Made by a program: the position numbers and the translations under genes
Shown: one piece after another, positions 13,201 to 26,800 of the stretch
How positions within the stretch are numbered: the stretch's first letter is position 1
Layout: each line of letters opens with the position of its first letter
The notes under the pieces: generated by a model
The model's input: only the letters and a program-made list of their open reading frames with translations
What the model was told of the DNA's origin: nothing
Database searches by the model: none
Assembly (NCBI RefSeq): GCF_963921235.1
Contig: NC_086109.1
Location: forward strand, 4,466,001-4,530,000
DNA: 64,000 bases
Reading direction: 5' to 3'
DNA from: Mobula hypostoma
Lineage: Eukaryota

Positions 13201-16200
13201 GATCCAAAATTCTCTTCAATGTTGAAATTGAGTTTGCATGCACCACTTGCACTGGCAGCTCATTCAACACTCTCATGACCCTCTGAGTGAAGATTCTCCT
13301 CGTGTTGCCCTTAAACTTTTCACCTTTCACTCTTAACCCATGATTTCTTGTTATAGTCCCATCCAACCTCAATGGGAAAAGCTGCTTACATTTACCTTAT
13401 CTACACTCCTGATAAATTTGTATACCTCTATCAAATCTCTTCTCAATCTTCTGAGCTCCAAAGAATAAAGTCCCAACCCATTCAATTTTTCCTTAAGTCT
13501 CAGGTCCTCCGGACCCAGCAACATCCTTATAAATTTTCTCTATACTCTTTCAACCTTATTTACACTTTTCCTGTAGGTAGGTGACCAAAACTGCTCACAA
13601 TAATATAATGTGGCTGTCACAAGGACAGGAATGGCTACTCGTATATCCAGGGTTTAGATGTTTCAAGGAAGAAAGGGAGGAAAAGAAAAGAGGTTGGGGA
13701 GTAGCACTGCAAATCGAGGAGGGTATCATTGCTGCAGCAAGGGAAGATACCAACTGATTGAGTATGGGTGGAAGTCATAAAGGTACATAATTCACCAGCA
13801 CCAGAGGAACTGCACCTAAGGTTCAGAACTAGAGTTCTGAGAGAGGTAGCATTAGAGATTGTGGTGGCATTAGAAATGATCTTTCAAAAATCATTGGACT
13901 CTGGCATGGTGCCAGGGACTAGAAAATTGCAAATGTTACTCCATTCTTTAAGAAAGGAGGAAGGCAGCAGAAAGGAAATTATAGACCAGTTAGCCCGACC
14001 TCAGTGGTTGGGAAGATGTTAGAGTCAATTGTTAAGGATGAGGTGTTGGAGTACTTGGTGACACAGGACAAGATAGTACAAAGTCAGCATGGTTTCCTTT
14101 CAAGGAAAATCCTGCCTGACAAACCTGATGGAATTCTTTGAGGAGATTACAAGTGGGATAGACAAAGGGGATGTAGTGGATGTTGTATATTTGAACATTT
14201 AGAAGGCCTTTGACAAGGTGCCACACATGAGGCTGCTTACCAAGTTAAGAGCCCATGGTATCACAGGAAAGTTACTAACATGGTTAGAGTATTGGCTCCC
14301 CCTCCCCATCCCACTTTCAAATCTCTTACGATCTCTTCTTTCAGTTAGTCCTGACAAAGGGTCTCGGCCCGAGATGTCAACTGTATCTCTTCCTATAGAT
14401 GCTGCCTGGCCTGCTGCGTTCACCAGCAACTTTTATGTGTAGAGCATTGGCTGACTGATAGGAGGCAGCAAGTAGGAATAAAAGGATCCTTTTCTGCTTG
14501 GCTGCCAGTGACTAGTGGTGTTCCACAGGGGTTAGTGTTTGGACCACTTCTTTTTATGCTGTATATAAATGATTCAGATGGAATAGATGGCTTTGTTGCC
14601 AAGTTTGCAGATGATATGAAGATTGGTGGAGGGGCAGGTAGTGTTGAGGAAACAGGTAGGATGCAGAAGGACCTAGACAAATTAAGAGAATGGGCAAGAA
14701 GGTAGCAAATGAAATACAATGTTGGAAAATGCATGGTCGTGCACTTTGGTAGTAGAAATAAATGTGCAGACTATTTTCTAAACAGGGAGAAAATCCAGGA
14801 ATCTGAGACGTAGAGGGACTTGGGCGTCCTTGTGCAGAACACCCTGAAGGTTAACTTGCAGGTTGAGTTGGTGGTGAGGAAGGCAAATGCCATATTAGCA
14901 TTCATTTCAAGAGGTCTAGAATACAAAAGCAAGGACGTGATGCTGAGTCTTTATGAGGCACTGGTGAGGCCTCACCTTGAGTATTGTGAACAGTTTTGGG
15001 CCCCTCACCTTAGAAAATATGTGCTGGCACTGAAGAGGATCCAGAGGAGGTTCACAAGGATGATTTCAGGAATGAAAGGGTCATCATATGAGGAACGTTG
15101 ATGGCTCTGGAATTACTCGCTGGAATTCAGAAGGATGAGGAGGGATCTCATTGAAACCTTATGAATGTTGACATGATAGAGGTGTACAAGTTGATAAGAG
15201 GTGTAGGTCAAGTAGATAGCCAGAGACTTTTCCGCAGGGTAGAAAAGAGGGTATAATTTTAATGAGATTGGAGGAAAGTATAGGTTGGATGTCAGAGGTG
15301 AATTCTTTACAGAAATTAGCAGGCGTGTGGAATACCTGTCAATTTGGGGTAGAGGCAGATACATTAAGGACTTTTTAGAAACTCTTACATAGTCACATAG
15401 ATGATTGGAAAATGGAGGGCTATGTTGGAGGAAAGGGTTATATTGATATTAGAGTAGATTAAAAGGACAGCACAACATTGTGGGCCGAACAGCCTGTACT
15501 GTGCTGTAATATTCTATGTTCTATGTCATGTGAACAGTTGGTGCATATCACAAAACCTGGTTATCACTGATGCCAGGCAGACAATCTCTGAAGAGTACTG
15601 ATAATGGCTGGGGTCACCCACCTTGTAAAGACACTGCCCAGAAGAAGGCAGTGGCAAACCACTTCTATAGAAAAATTTGCCAAGAACAATCATGGTAACC
15701 ATAATCACCTATGTCATATGACACGGCACATAATGATGATGATGGCTAACTACGTGCTTCTTACTTTATAATACTGTCGGACAACTCAAAGCAACAAGTA
15801 TGACATCAAGAAGCCCTGGCAAACTGGTTTTATTAATATCACTTCTACCAAGGTACAGCGAAAAACTTGTCTTGCATACATTCCTAAGTTCAAATCAGTA
15901 CGCAGTGCACTGAGGTAGAACGAGATAAAACAAGTTGAATGTAGAATAAAGTGTAACAACCATAGGGTGCAATGCAGGAAACAATAAGATGCAAGATCAC
16001 AGCCAAGATAGATTGTGAGGTCAACAGCCCACTTTATCACCTTATCAGACCGTTCAATAGGAAAGAAGCTGTCCATGAGCCTAGTGGTGTGTGCTTTCAG
16101 GTTTCTGTATCTCTCCACAAAACTGAAGATGATGACTTCAGAAGGAAAACATTCCAGTGGTGGAGACATACCGTGCACAGAGAAAGATGGCTCCTGGTTA

Positions 16201-17829
16201 CTGAAGGTCAACAATTGCAGCCCCAGGATGTCACTGTAGGAGTTTCTTAGGGCAATCAAACTCAAAGTTGAGTTTATTGTCATATACGTGTATGAAACAA
16301 ATGCAATGAAAGGCTTAGTTGTGCAACAGCAGCACATGCATCAAATAAATAGCACTCACAAAATATAAAATAAACATAAACTATACACATTTTTTACAAG
16401 AAATAACACAATTAGAGCAAAAAAAAAGATTTATACTTTATACTTTATTGTCGCCAAACAATTGATACTAGAACGTACAATCATCACAGCGATATTTGAT
16501 TCTGTGCTTCCCACTCCCTGGAGTACAAATCAATAGAAAATATTAAAAATTTAAATTATAAATTATAAATAGAAAATGGAAAGTAAGGTAGTACAAAAAA
16601 AAACCGAGAGGCAGGTCCGGATATTTGGAGGGCACGAACCAGATCTGGGTCAGGATCTGTTCAGCAGTTTTATCACAGTTGTAAAGAAGCTGTTCCCAAA
16701 TCTGGCCGTACGAGTCTTCAAGCTCCTGAGCCTTCTCCTGGAGGGAAGAGGGACAAAAAGTGTGTTGGCTGGGTGGGCCGTGTCCTTGATTATCCTGGGA
16801 GCACTGCTCCGACAGCATGTGGTGTAAAGTGAATCCAAGGACGGAAGATTGGTTTGTGTGATGTGCTGGGCTGTGTTCATGATCTTCTGCAGCTTCTTCT
16901 GGTCTTGGACAGGACAACTTCCATGCCAGGTTGTGATGCACCCTAGAAGAATGCTTTCTACGGTGCATCCATAAAAATTAGTGAGGGTTTTAGGACTTCT
17001 GCTGACTCCCAGATTCCTCAACATTACCTGCCCTTCCACTTACCTTGAAATTGTCCACAAACTTGGTCACAAAACCATCAATTGCATCATCCAAATCACT
17101 GACATATAATGTGAAATGAAGTGGTCCCAACACTGACCCCTGCGGAACACCACTAGTCACTGGCAGCCAAGGGTTGGCAAGGACATGACAAATGAATGAT
17201 GGGAGTAGAGAAAAACTTAAATAGTCAAACTTCCTTCGGAAGTTAGAATAGATCTAGAGATGGTAAGAGGAAAGAGTGAGCAATTTCAAATTTCTGGGTG
17301 TCAAGCTCATTGAGGAGCTAACCTGGTCCCAGCATATCAAAGCAGCTATAAATAAGGCCAGACAGCGGCAACTCATTAGGAGTTTGAGGAAATTTGGTTT
17401 GTCATCTAAAACACTCAAAAACTCCTATAGATATACCATGCAGAGCATCTCTCAAGTTGCATCACTGTCTGGTATGGGGGTGGGGCCTACTCCACAGATC
17501 GAAAGAAGCTACAGAAAGTTGTAAAATTAGTCAGCTCCATCTTGGGTACTAGATTTCTTAGTATCCAAGACTCCAAGACATCTTCAAGGAGCGATGCCTC
17601 AAAAAGGCTGTGTCCATATTAAGGACCCTCATCACCCAGAACATGCCGTCTTTTCATTGTTACCATCAGGAAGGAGGTACAGAAACATGAAGGCACACAC
17701 TCAGCAATTCAGGAACAGCTTCTTCCCCTTTGCCATCCAATTCCTAAATGGACCCATGAACACTACTTCACTACTTTTTTAATTATTTCTATTTTTGCAC
17801 TATTTTAATTTATGTTACATATATATGTT

Positions 17830-17879
<50 letters not shown>

Positions 17880-20800
17880 CAGTAATTGATTTTCTTATTT
17901 CTTTTTCTCCAAATTATCATGTATTGCATGGAACTGCCTCCGTTACGTTAACAAATTCCACAACATATGCTGATTCTGATTCTGGACTGGGGTCCATGTG
18001 GATTGGTACATGTGGAGATAATAGGGAAGGTCTGTAGTCTGGAAAGCAAGCTCCTGGCAAAGCGAATAGGCACAATAAGAAGAGTTTGATATCACATTAA
18101 ATTCGGCATTCATTAAGAATGAAAGCAGAGTTGAGACCTCTGTTGAGGAATGATTGTTCAGGGTCAGGGAAGGGACGAGAGAACAGTGGGAGATGGAGTA
18201 AGGAAAAGGGATGGGGTTAGAGGTAAGAGCAGAGGGTGCAAGATCAGGAAGTGTACTGGAAATCAAGCTTGCAATCTTTACTAATTCATTTCACCATCTT
18301 CTCTTCAATTTCAGATCACTCTTTTATTTTGTTACATTTGGACCTGAAACATAACTGCTTCTCTCTCCACAGATGCTGTATGACCTGCTGTTTATAACAT
18401 TTTCTGTTTAATTTCTAACGTCTACATTTTTTTTCATTTTCATTATCCAAAAACTCACCCTTTTTTACAATAAAAAATGGCTCTACTTCCAAAGGTAGTA
18501 TTTGCTGCCACAGAATATCCATTCACTATCTCTCCTGGATATCCACAGTTCTTCGCTACACAGAGATAGAAAAGGGAAATAGTAAAGGCATTGCACAACA
18601 CCAGGATCTCCAACAGCTTTTTGATGCAATCGACAGAAATATTTTGCTGTGAATTTTCCAAATTTGATCTCCCATCTAGACAAATTAAAGAGATAATTTG
18701 TAACAAGTACATTGAATTATTTTCAATAAGCAATAATGAAACCTCGGAGGGTGTAAGCACAGCCATCTGCATTATGGGTACAGTACTAGCCTCCCCACCA
18801 CTGAGGACACCATTCAAGTAGTAACATCCATCATTAAGGACCCCCATCACCCAGGACATGTCCTCTTTACACACACACATCATATGTGAGTGATGATAAA
18901 CCTGGTTCTGATATGAGTCTCTATTGTGTCTATTGTGCACTGAGAGTGAGAAGGGGGCAGGGAGAAGGGAATCATGGTTGGGAAAAGGGGAAGGGAGAGG
19001 GCAGGGAGTGGGAAGCACCAGGGAGATATCCTGTAATGATCACTTGTTTGGAATCAAATAACCTTGCCTGGTGTCTCAGGGCTGGATGAGTCTACACTGG
19101 TACCACCTCGCAATCCTGGCACTCCTTCTCTGTCACCTGTCCCACACCTCTCCTGCGGCGCTCCATCCCCGCCATTCCCAACATCCTTGCTCCCGACGAA
19201 TTTATAAACTTGCTCTCTGCTCCATGTTGATAAATATAGTACTGTGCAAAATTCTTAGAGATATACAGTATATACCTGACCTTAGCACAGTATTGTACAT
19301 ACATAAAATTTATATATTTTATCTTGCACTACTCCCCCGCAAGACAACAAATTTCATGACATATGTCAGTGATAATAAACCTGGTAGAAATGAAGCACAG
19401 TGAAATGCAGAACACCTCATGGACCTCCTAAACCAACTTTACTCACCACAGTACAAACTCCCAAGCTGTGAAATTGGCCTGCAGACCAGGTATGTAAGCA
19501 CCAATGACCTTGAACACAAAATCGTACAGATAGTAGTGGATACAGCCCAGTCCATCATGGGTAAAACCCTCCCTACCATTGAGCACAACAACATGAAAAG
19601 CTGTCGCAGAAAAGCAGCATCTATCATCAGGGCCCCTCACCTCCCAGGACATGCTCCCTTCTCACTGCTGCCATCAGGAAGAAGGTACAAGAGCTTCAGG
19701 ACTCTCACCACCAGGTTCAGGAACAGTTACTGCCCCTCAGTCATCAGTCCCTTGAACCAGAAGGGATTACTTCACTTGACCTATCACTGAACTGTTACCA
19801 CAACCTATGGACTCACCTTCAAGGACTCTTCATCTCATGTTCACAACACTTATTGCTTATTTATTTCTTTTTCTTTTGTATTTGCACAATATGATGTCTT
19901 TTGCACGTTAGTTGTTCGTTCATCCTGTTGGGTGCGGTCTATCATTGATTCTGTGTAAGCCCGCAAGAAAGCAAATCTCAGGGCTATATATAAGACCATA
20001 AGACATAGGAGCAGAATTAGGCCATCTGGCCCATCGTGTCTGCTCCACCATTCAATCATGGCTGATCCTTTTTTTCCCTCCTCAACCCCAGTTCCCAGCC
20101 TTCTCCCCACAACCTTTGATGCCATATCCAATCAAGAACCTATCAATCTCTGCCTTAAATACACCCAACAACCTGACCTCCACAGCTGCATATGGCAACA
20201 AATTCCACAATTCAACAAGCTAAAGAAATTTTTCCACATCTCCATTTTGAAAGGGTGCCCCTCTACCCTGAGGCTGTGCCTTCTTGTCCTAGACTCTCCC
20301 ACCATGAGAAGCATCCTTTCCACATCTACTCTGTCTAGGCCTTTCAATATTCGAAAGGTTTCAATGAGATCCTCCTCATCCTTCAGAATTCCAGTGAGTA
20401 CAGACCCAGCGCCATCAAACGTTCCTCGTACGATAACCCTTTCATTCCTGGAATCATCCCTGTGAACCTCCTCTGGACTCTCTCCAATACCAGTACATCT
20501 CTTCTAAGATGAGGGGCCCAAAGCTATTCACAATACTCAAGGTGAGGCCTCACCAGTGCCTAATAAAGCCTCAGCATCACATCCTTGGTCTTGTATTCTG
20601 GACCTTTTGAAATGAATGCTAACATGGCATTTGTCTTCCTCACCACCGACTCAACCTGCAAGTTCAGCTTCAGGGTGTTCTGCACAAGGACTCCCAAGTC
20701 CCTCTGCATCACAGATTCCTAGATTTTCTCCCCGTTCATAAAGTAGTCCGCACATTTATTTCTACTACCAAAGTGCACGACCATGCATTTTCCAACATTG

Positions 20801-23800
20801 TATTTCATTTGTCACTTTCTTGCCCATTCTCCTAATCTGTCTAAGTCCTTCTGCATCCTACCTGTTTCCTCAACACTACCTGCCCCTCCACCAATCTTTG
20901 TATCATCTGCAAACTTGGCAACAAAGACATCTATTCCATCATCTAAATCATTTATATACAGCTTAAAAAGAAGTGATCCCAACACCAACCCCTACGGAAC
21001 ACCACTCGTCACTGGCAGCCAACCAGAAAAGGATCCTTTTATTCCCACTCGCTGCCTCCTACCAATCAGCCAATGCTCTAACCATGTTAGTAACTTTCCT
21101 GTAATACAATGGCTCTTAACTTGGTAAACAGCCTCATGTGTGGCACCTTGTCAAAGGCCTTCTGGAAGTCCAAATATACAACATTCACTGCATCCCCTTT
21201 ATCAATTCTACTTGTAATCTCCTCAAAGAATTCCAACAGGTTTGCAGGGCAGGATTTTCCCTGAAGAAAACCATGCTGATTTTGTGCTATCTTGTCTTGT
21301 GTCACCAAGTACTCCAGCACCTCATCCTTAACAATTGACTCTAACATCTTCCCAACCACTGAGGTCAGGCTAACTGGTCTATAACTTCCTTTCTGCTGCC
21401 TTTTTCCTTTCTCAAAGAGTGCAGTGACATTTGCAATTTTCCAGTCATCTGGCACCATATCAGAGTCCAATGATTTTTGAAAATCATTTCTAATGCACCA
21501 CAATCTCTAATGCTACCTCTTTCAGAACCCTAGGATGCAGTTCCTCTGGTCCAGCTGACTTATGTACCTTTCGGTCTTTCAGCTTTTTGAGCACTTTCTC
21601 TCCTGTAACAGTAACTGCACCCTCTTCTCTTCCTTCACACACTACAACATCAGGCTTACTGCTAGTGTCTTCCTCAGTGAAGACTGATGCAAAATATTCA
21701 CTTAGTTCATCAGTCATCTCCTTGTCCCCAGTTATTATTTCTCCTGCCTCATTTTCTAGCAGTCCTATATCCACTCTCATTTCTCTTTTATTTTTAACAT
21801 ACTTCAAAAAACTTTTACTATCCACTTTGATATTATTTTCTAGCTTGCTTTCATATTTAATCTTTTCCCTTCTAATGATCTTTTTTACTTGCTCTCTGTA
21901 GGTTTTTTTAAACTTCCCAATCCTCTACCTTCCCACTAATTTTTGCTTTGTTGTATGCCCTTTCTTTTGCTTTTACAATAGCTTTGACTTCCCTTGTCAG
22001 CCATGGTTGTACTATTTTACCATTTGAGTACTTCTTAATTTTTGGAATACACACGTCCTGCACCTTCCTCATTTTTCCCAGAAATCCACACAATTGCTGC
22101 TCTGCTGACACCCTGCCAGCAGCTCCTTCCAATTTACTTTGGCCAACTCCACTGTAATTTCCCTTAATTCCTTTAAATACTGCTACCAGATTTTTCTTTC
22201 TCCCTATCAAATTTCGTTGAACACAATCAGATTGTGATCACTGGTTCCTAAGAATTCTTTTACCTTAAACTCCCTAATCGCCTCCGGTTCATTACATACC
22301 ACCCAATCCAGTATAGCTGATCCCCTACTAGGCTCAATGACAAACTGTTCTAAAAAAACTATCTCTTAGGCATTTAACAAACTCACTCTCTTAAGATTCA
22401 TTACCAATCTGATTTTCCCAATCGACCTGCATGTTAAAATCTCCCACAGCCACCATAACATTGCCCTTTTGACTTACCTTTTCTATTTCCTGTTGTAACC
22501 TGTGGTCCACCTCCCAGCCACTTTTGGGAGGCCTGTATATAACTGCCATCAGGGTCATTTTACCCTTGCAGTTTCCTAACTCAACCCACAAGGATTCAAC
22601 ACCTTCCAATCCCATGTCACATTTTTCTACTGATCTGATGCCATTCTTTACCAGCAGAGCCACACCTCCACTCTGCCTACCTTCCTATCCCTCTGATACA
22701 ATGTGTAACCTTGGACATTCAGCTCCCAGTTACAACAATCTTTCAGCCACGATTCAGTGATGGCCACAACATCTTATCTAGCAATCTGTAATATTGCAAC
22801 AAGATCATCCACCTTATTTCCTATACTGTACTATGCGCATTTAGATACAACACCTTGAGTACTGTATTTGCTATCCTTTCTGATTCTGCATCCCTAATAA
22901 TTTGATACTCAGCCTGTTGGCTGCAACTGTCTCATCACCTCCCTGCTCTTCCTGACAATCTGACATCACGCTATCTTTACTTTTTTACCATTTGTCCTCT
23001 CCAAAGTCTCTTCACTCCAGTTCCCAACCCCTGCCAAGTTAGTTTAAACCCTCCCCAACAGCTCAAACAAACCTGCCTGTGAGAATATTGGTCCCCCTCG
23101 GGTTCAGGTGCAACCTGTCACTTTTGAACAGGTCATACCTCCCCCAGAAGAGGTCCGAATTATCCAAGAACCTAAAGTCCTGCCCCCTGCACCAACTCCT
23201 CAGCCAAGCATTTATCTGCCAAATCATCCTGTTTCTACCCTCAATGGCATGTGGTACAGGCAGCAATCCAGAAATTACTACCTGGGAGGTCCTGCTTCTC
23301 ACTCCCTACATAACTCTCTAAATTCTCTTTTCAGGACCTTACTGCTCTTCCTTCCTATGTCATTGGTACCAATGTGTATCAACACATCTGGCTGCTCCCC
23401 CTCCCTCTCCAAAATGTTGTGGACACGATCGGAGACATCCCTGACCCTGGCACCTGGGAGGCAACATACCATCCAGGTGTCACATTCACGTCCACGTCCA
23501 CAGAATCTCCAGTCTGGTCCCCTCACTAACTGGAAGCAAATCTTACAGGTAAATGTCCTTAAAACAGGCTGGCTTGTTCTGACAGAGATTTGCAGCACTT
23601 TCTCTGATCTCTTTGATTATCCAATTTCGGCTTCTTAATCACCTCTGAATTTTATCACTCCACTATTTCTAACCAGCTCTGATGGATTCTATCTGGTTCT
23701 TCCCTTATGCCTCATCACTTGCCAGCGTCAAGTGTCCCAAACAGATAAAGCAGCTTCTGTATTTCTTCAAATCCAGTGTGCTGGAGGTTTGAAGATAACT

Positions 23801-26800
23801 TTCATTGCCATTTTCCCTCTGTCAGATGATGTGAAGGAATGTACTTGAAAAGTATTTTCAAATAATGCAACTCCTAATCTTTTTGGAAAATCCTTACTTC
23901 ATTATCTAGAATCAAGGAGGTAAATCTTCTCAAGTCTCATTCCTAAAGGAGAGGTGCTGGGCACGTTTTTACATAGAGAGTGATGGGTGCCTGGAATGTG
24001 CTGTCAAGGTGCAATGTGGAGGTCAATATGACAGAAACATTCAAGAGGCTCTTACGACATGGAATGAAGGGAGCTGGACCATGTGTAGGCAAAAGGAATC
24101 AGTGTAACTGGGTATCATTAGCTTAATCAGTTCAGTACATCACAGGCCAAAGGGTCTTTCTGTGCTGAACTGTTCTGTGATCTATGCTCTAGTTACTTTT
24201 ATGCACCAGGGAAAGAAGTAGGACACACAGAATCACTATTGAGAACAGTGTACGGTCATTACTGTAAAACAGTTTATAGAAAACAAACATTCAAACTAAG
24301 CAGCATACCTATACACATTGGAGGAGTCCAGTTCCACTCTCCAGTCTCTCTACAAGTGAGATTGACTGCACCTTGTAATGAATAGCCTGCATCACAGGAG
24401 TACACTGCGACTATTCCATACTCCCACTGTTCTCCGCTGGGTGGTGACGGAGCTATCCCATTGCTAATTGGTGGAAGAGGAGCGCATCTGATAGCTGAGG
24501 ATAAATGAAACATCGTTAATGCTCTGAAGAGAACTCCAGATGAAAATGTTATCTTTTGGGAATTGCTACAGGTCAGCAAGCTAGCATAACGCTTTACAGC
24601 TGCCACTGTAGGGTCAGGTTTCAATTGCCCCTGCTGCCTGTAAGGAGTCTGTACATTCTCCCTGTGATCGTGTGTGTTGCTCTGGTTTCTTCCAACATTC
24701 CAAAGATGTATGGAAGGCAAATTAAAGGCAGGCAGGGGCAAGCACAGTGGCCATCATCGCAGTAGCTGTCGTCTGAGTGGACAGAGTCAGTGGTGATCTT
24801 GAGGCTTTAGTTCTTCGTGGCTTCAGTCAGAGAAAGCAAAGAAAAGCTCTAGGTTCAGTTTTTTTTTGCCTTTCCTTCTTTACATCTGCTCAGTTAGGAC
24901 AGTAAAGTTGCTAGGCAGGATAGTGGAATGTTCCTCTTGCGGGATGTGAGAAGGCAGAGTGACCTCCAGTACCCTTGACGACTACAACTGCGAGAAGTGC
25001 GTCCTGATGCAGCTTCTAATAAACCACGTTAGGGAGTTGGAGCTGGAACTGGACCCTGGATAATTTGAGAGGCTGAAGGTGTGATAGATAGGACATATAT
25101 AGAGGTAATTAAACCCAAGCTGCAGGACACAAAAAACTAGGTGACAGTCAGGAAAGGGAAAGGGGTTAAGGAGCCAGTGCATAGTACCCTGTGGCCATCC
25201 CCCTCAACAACAGGTACATCACTTTGGATACTGTTAGGGAGGTTGACCTAACATAGGAAAGTCAGTGGTCAGGTCTTTAGCAATGAGTCTGCCTCTCTAT
25301 CTCAAAAGGGAACAGGGGGAGAAAAGGCACCCTGTGGTGATAGAGGATTTGTTAGTTAGGGGAACAGACAGGAGGTTCTGTGGGCAAGAATGAGATTCCC
25401 AGGTGGTATGTTGCATCCCAGGTGCCAGAGTCCGGGATATCTTGGGTCAAGTCCTCAGCATTAAGTGGTAGGGTGAACAGCCAGAAGTCATGGTCCATGT
25501 AGGTATCAATGATATAGATAAGTGATGGGGTTCTGCACAGAGAGTTCAGGGAGTTAGGTGCTAAGTTAAAGGGAAAGACCTCCAGGGTTGTGATCTCAGG
25601 ATTGCTACCCATGCCACATGCTAATACCAGAACTAGGAAGATTTTTTACAATTTAATTCATGGCTAAGGAGCTGGTGTAGGAGGGATGACATAAGATTTT
25701 TGGATCATTGGGCTCTCTTCCAGGGAAGGTAGGACCTGTACAGATGAGACAGTTTGCACCTGAACTGGAGGAGGACTAATGTCTTAGCAGGAAGGTTTGC
25801 TAATGCTGCACAGTAAGATTTAAACTAGAGTTGCAGGGGGATGGGAACCAGAGTGCCAGAACAGTTGGTGGAGAGGTTTTGGAGGCAGATGTTGGCGAGA
25901 CAGTTAGGAATCAAAAGGTTGCACATGGTACAACTAGTGTCTTGAGCTGCGTATATTTCAATGCAAGAAATATCGTAGGAAAGGCGGATGATATTACAGA
26001 AGATGAGGGAGCTGGTTTGCAGACAGAGGCAGTGTGTAGTGTAGTGAGGAGAGGCTGTTGATAGGGCAAAATTGCAGTCAACAAGGTAAAAGGTGGACAA
26101 AATCAAAAAGGGTGAATACAGGACTGAAGGTGTTATATTTGAATGCATGCAATATACGGAATAAGGCAGATGAACTTGTAGCACAGTTGCAGATTGGCAT
26201 GCATGATGTTGCAGGCATAACTGAATCATGGCTGAAAGAAGATTATACCTGGGAGCTTAATGTCCAAGGATACACATTGTATCAAAAGGACAGGCAGGAA
26301 GGCAGGGGGAGCGGTGTTGCTCTGTTGGTAAAAAATTAAATCAAATCATTAGGAAGAGGTGACACAGGCTCAGAAGGTGTTGAATCATTTGTATAGAACT
26401 AAGAAAATGCAAAGGTAAAAAGACCTTGATAGGAATTGTATACAGATCCCCAAACAGTAGTAAAGATGTGGTCTACAATTTACAAGGCTGCTTAACAAAC
26501 TACGAGCCCAAGGTATTGCAGGAAAGATTCTGACATGGATAAATCAATGGCTGAGGGAATAAAGGGAGCCTTTTCCGGTTGGCTGCTGGTGACTAGTGGT
26601 GTTGCACAGAGGTCTGTGTTGGGAGCAATTCTTTTTATGTTATATGTCAATGATTTGGATGATGGAACTGATGGCTTTGTTGCAAAGTTTGTATACGATA
26701 TGAAGATAGATGGAAGGGCAGGTAGTTTGAGGAAGTAGACAGGCTACAGAAGGACATAGATTAGTAGAATGGGCAAAGAAATGGCAGATGGAAGACAGTG

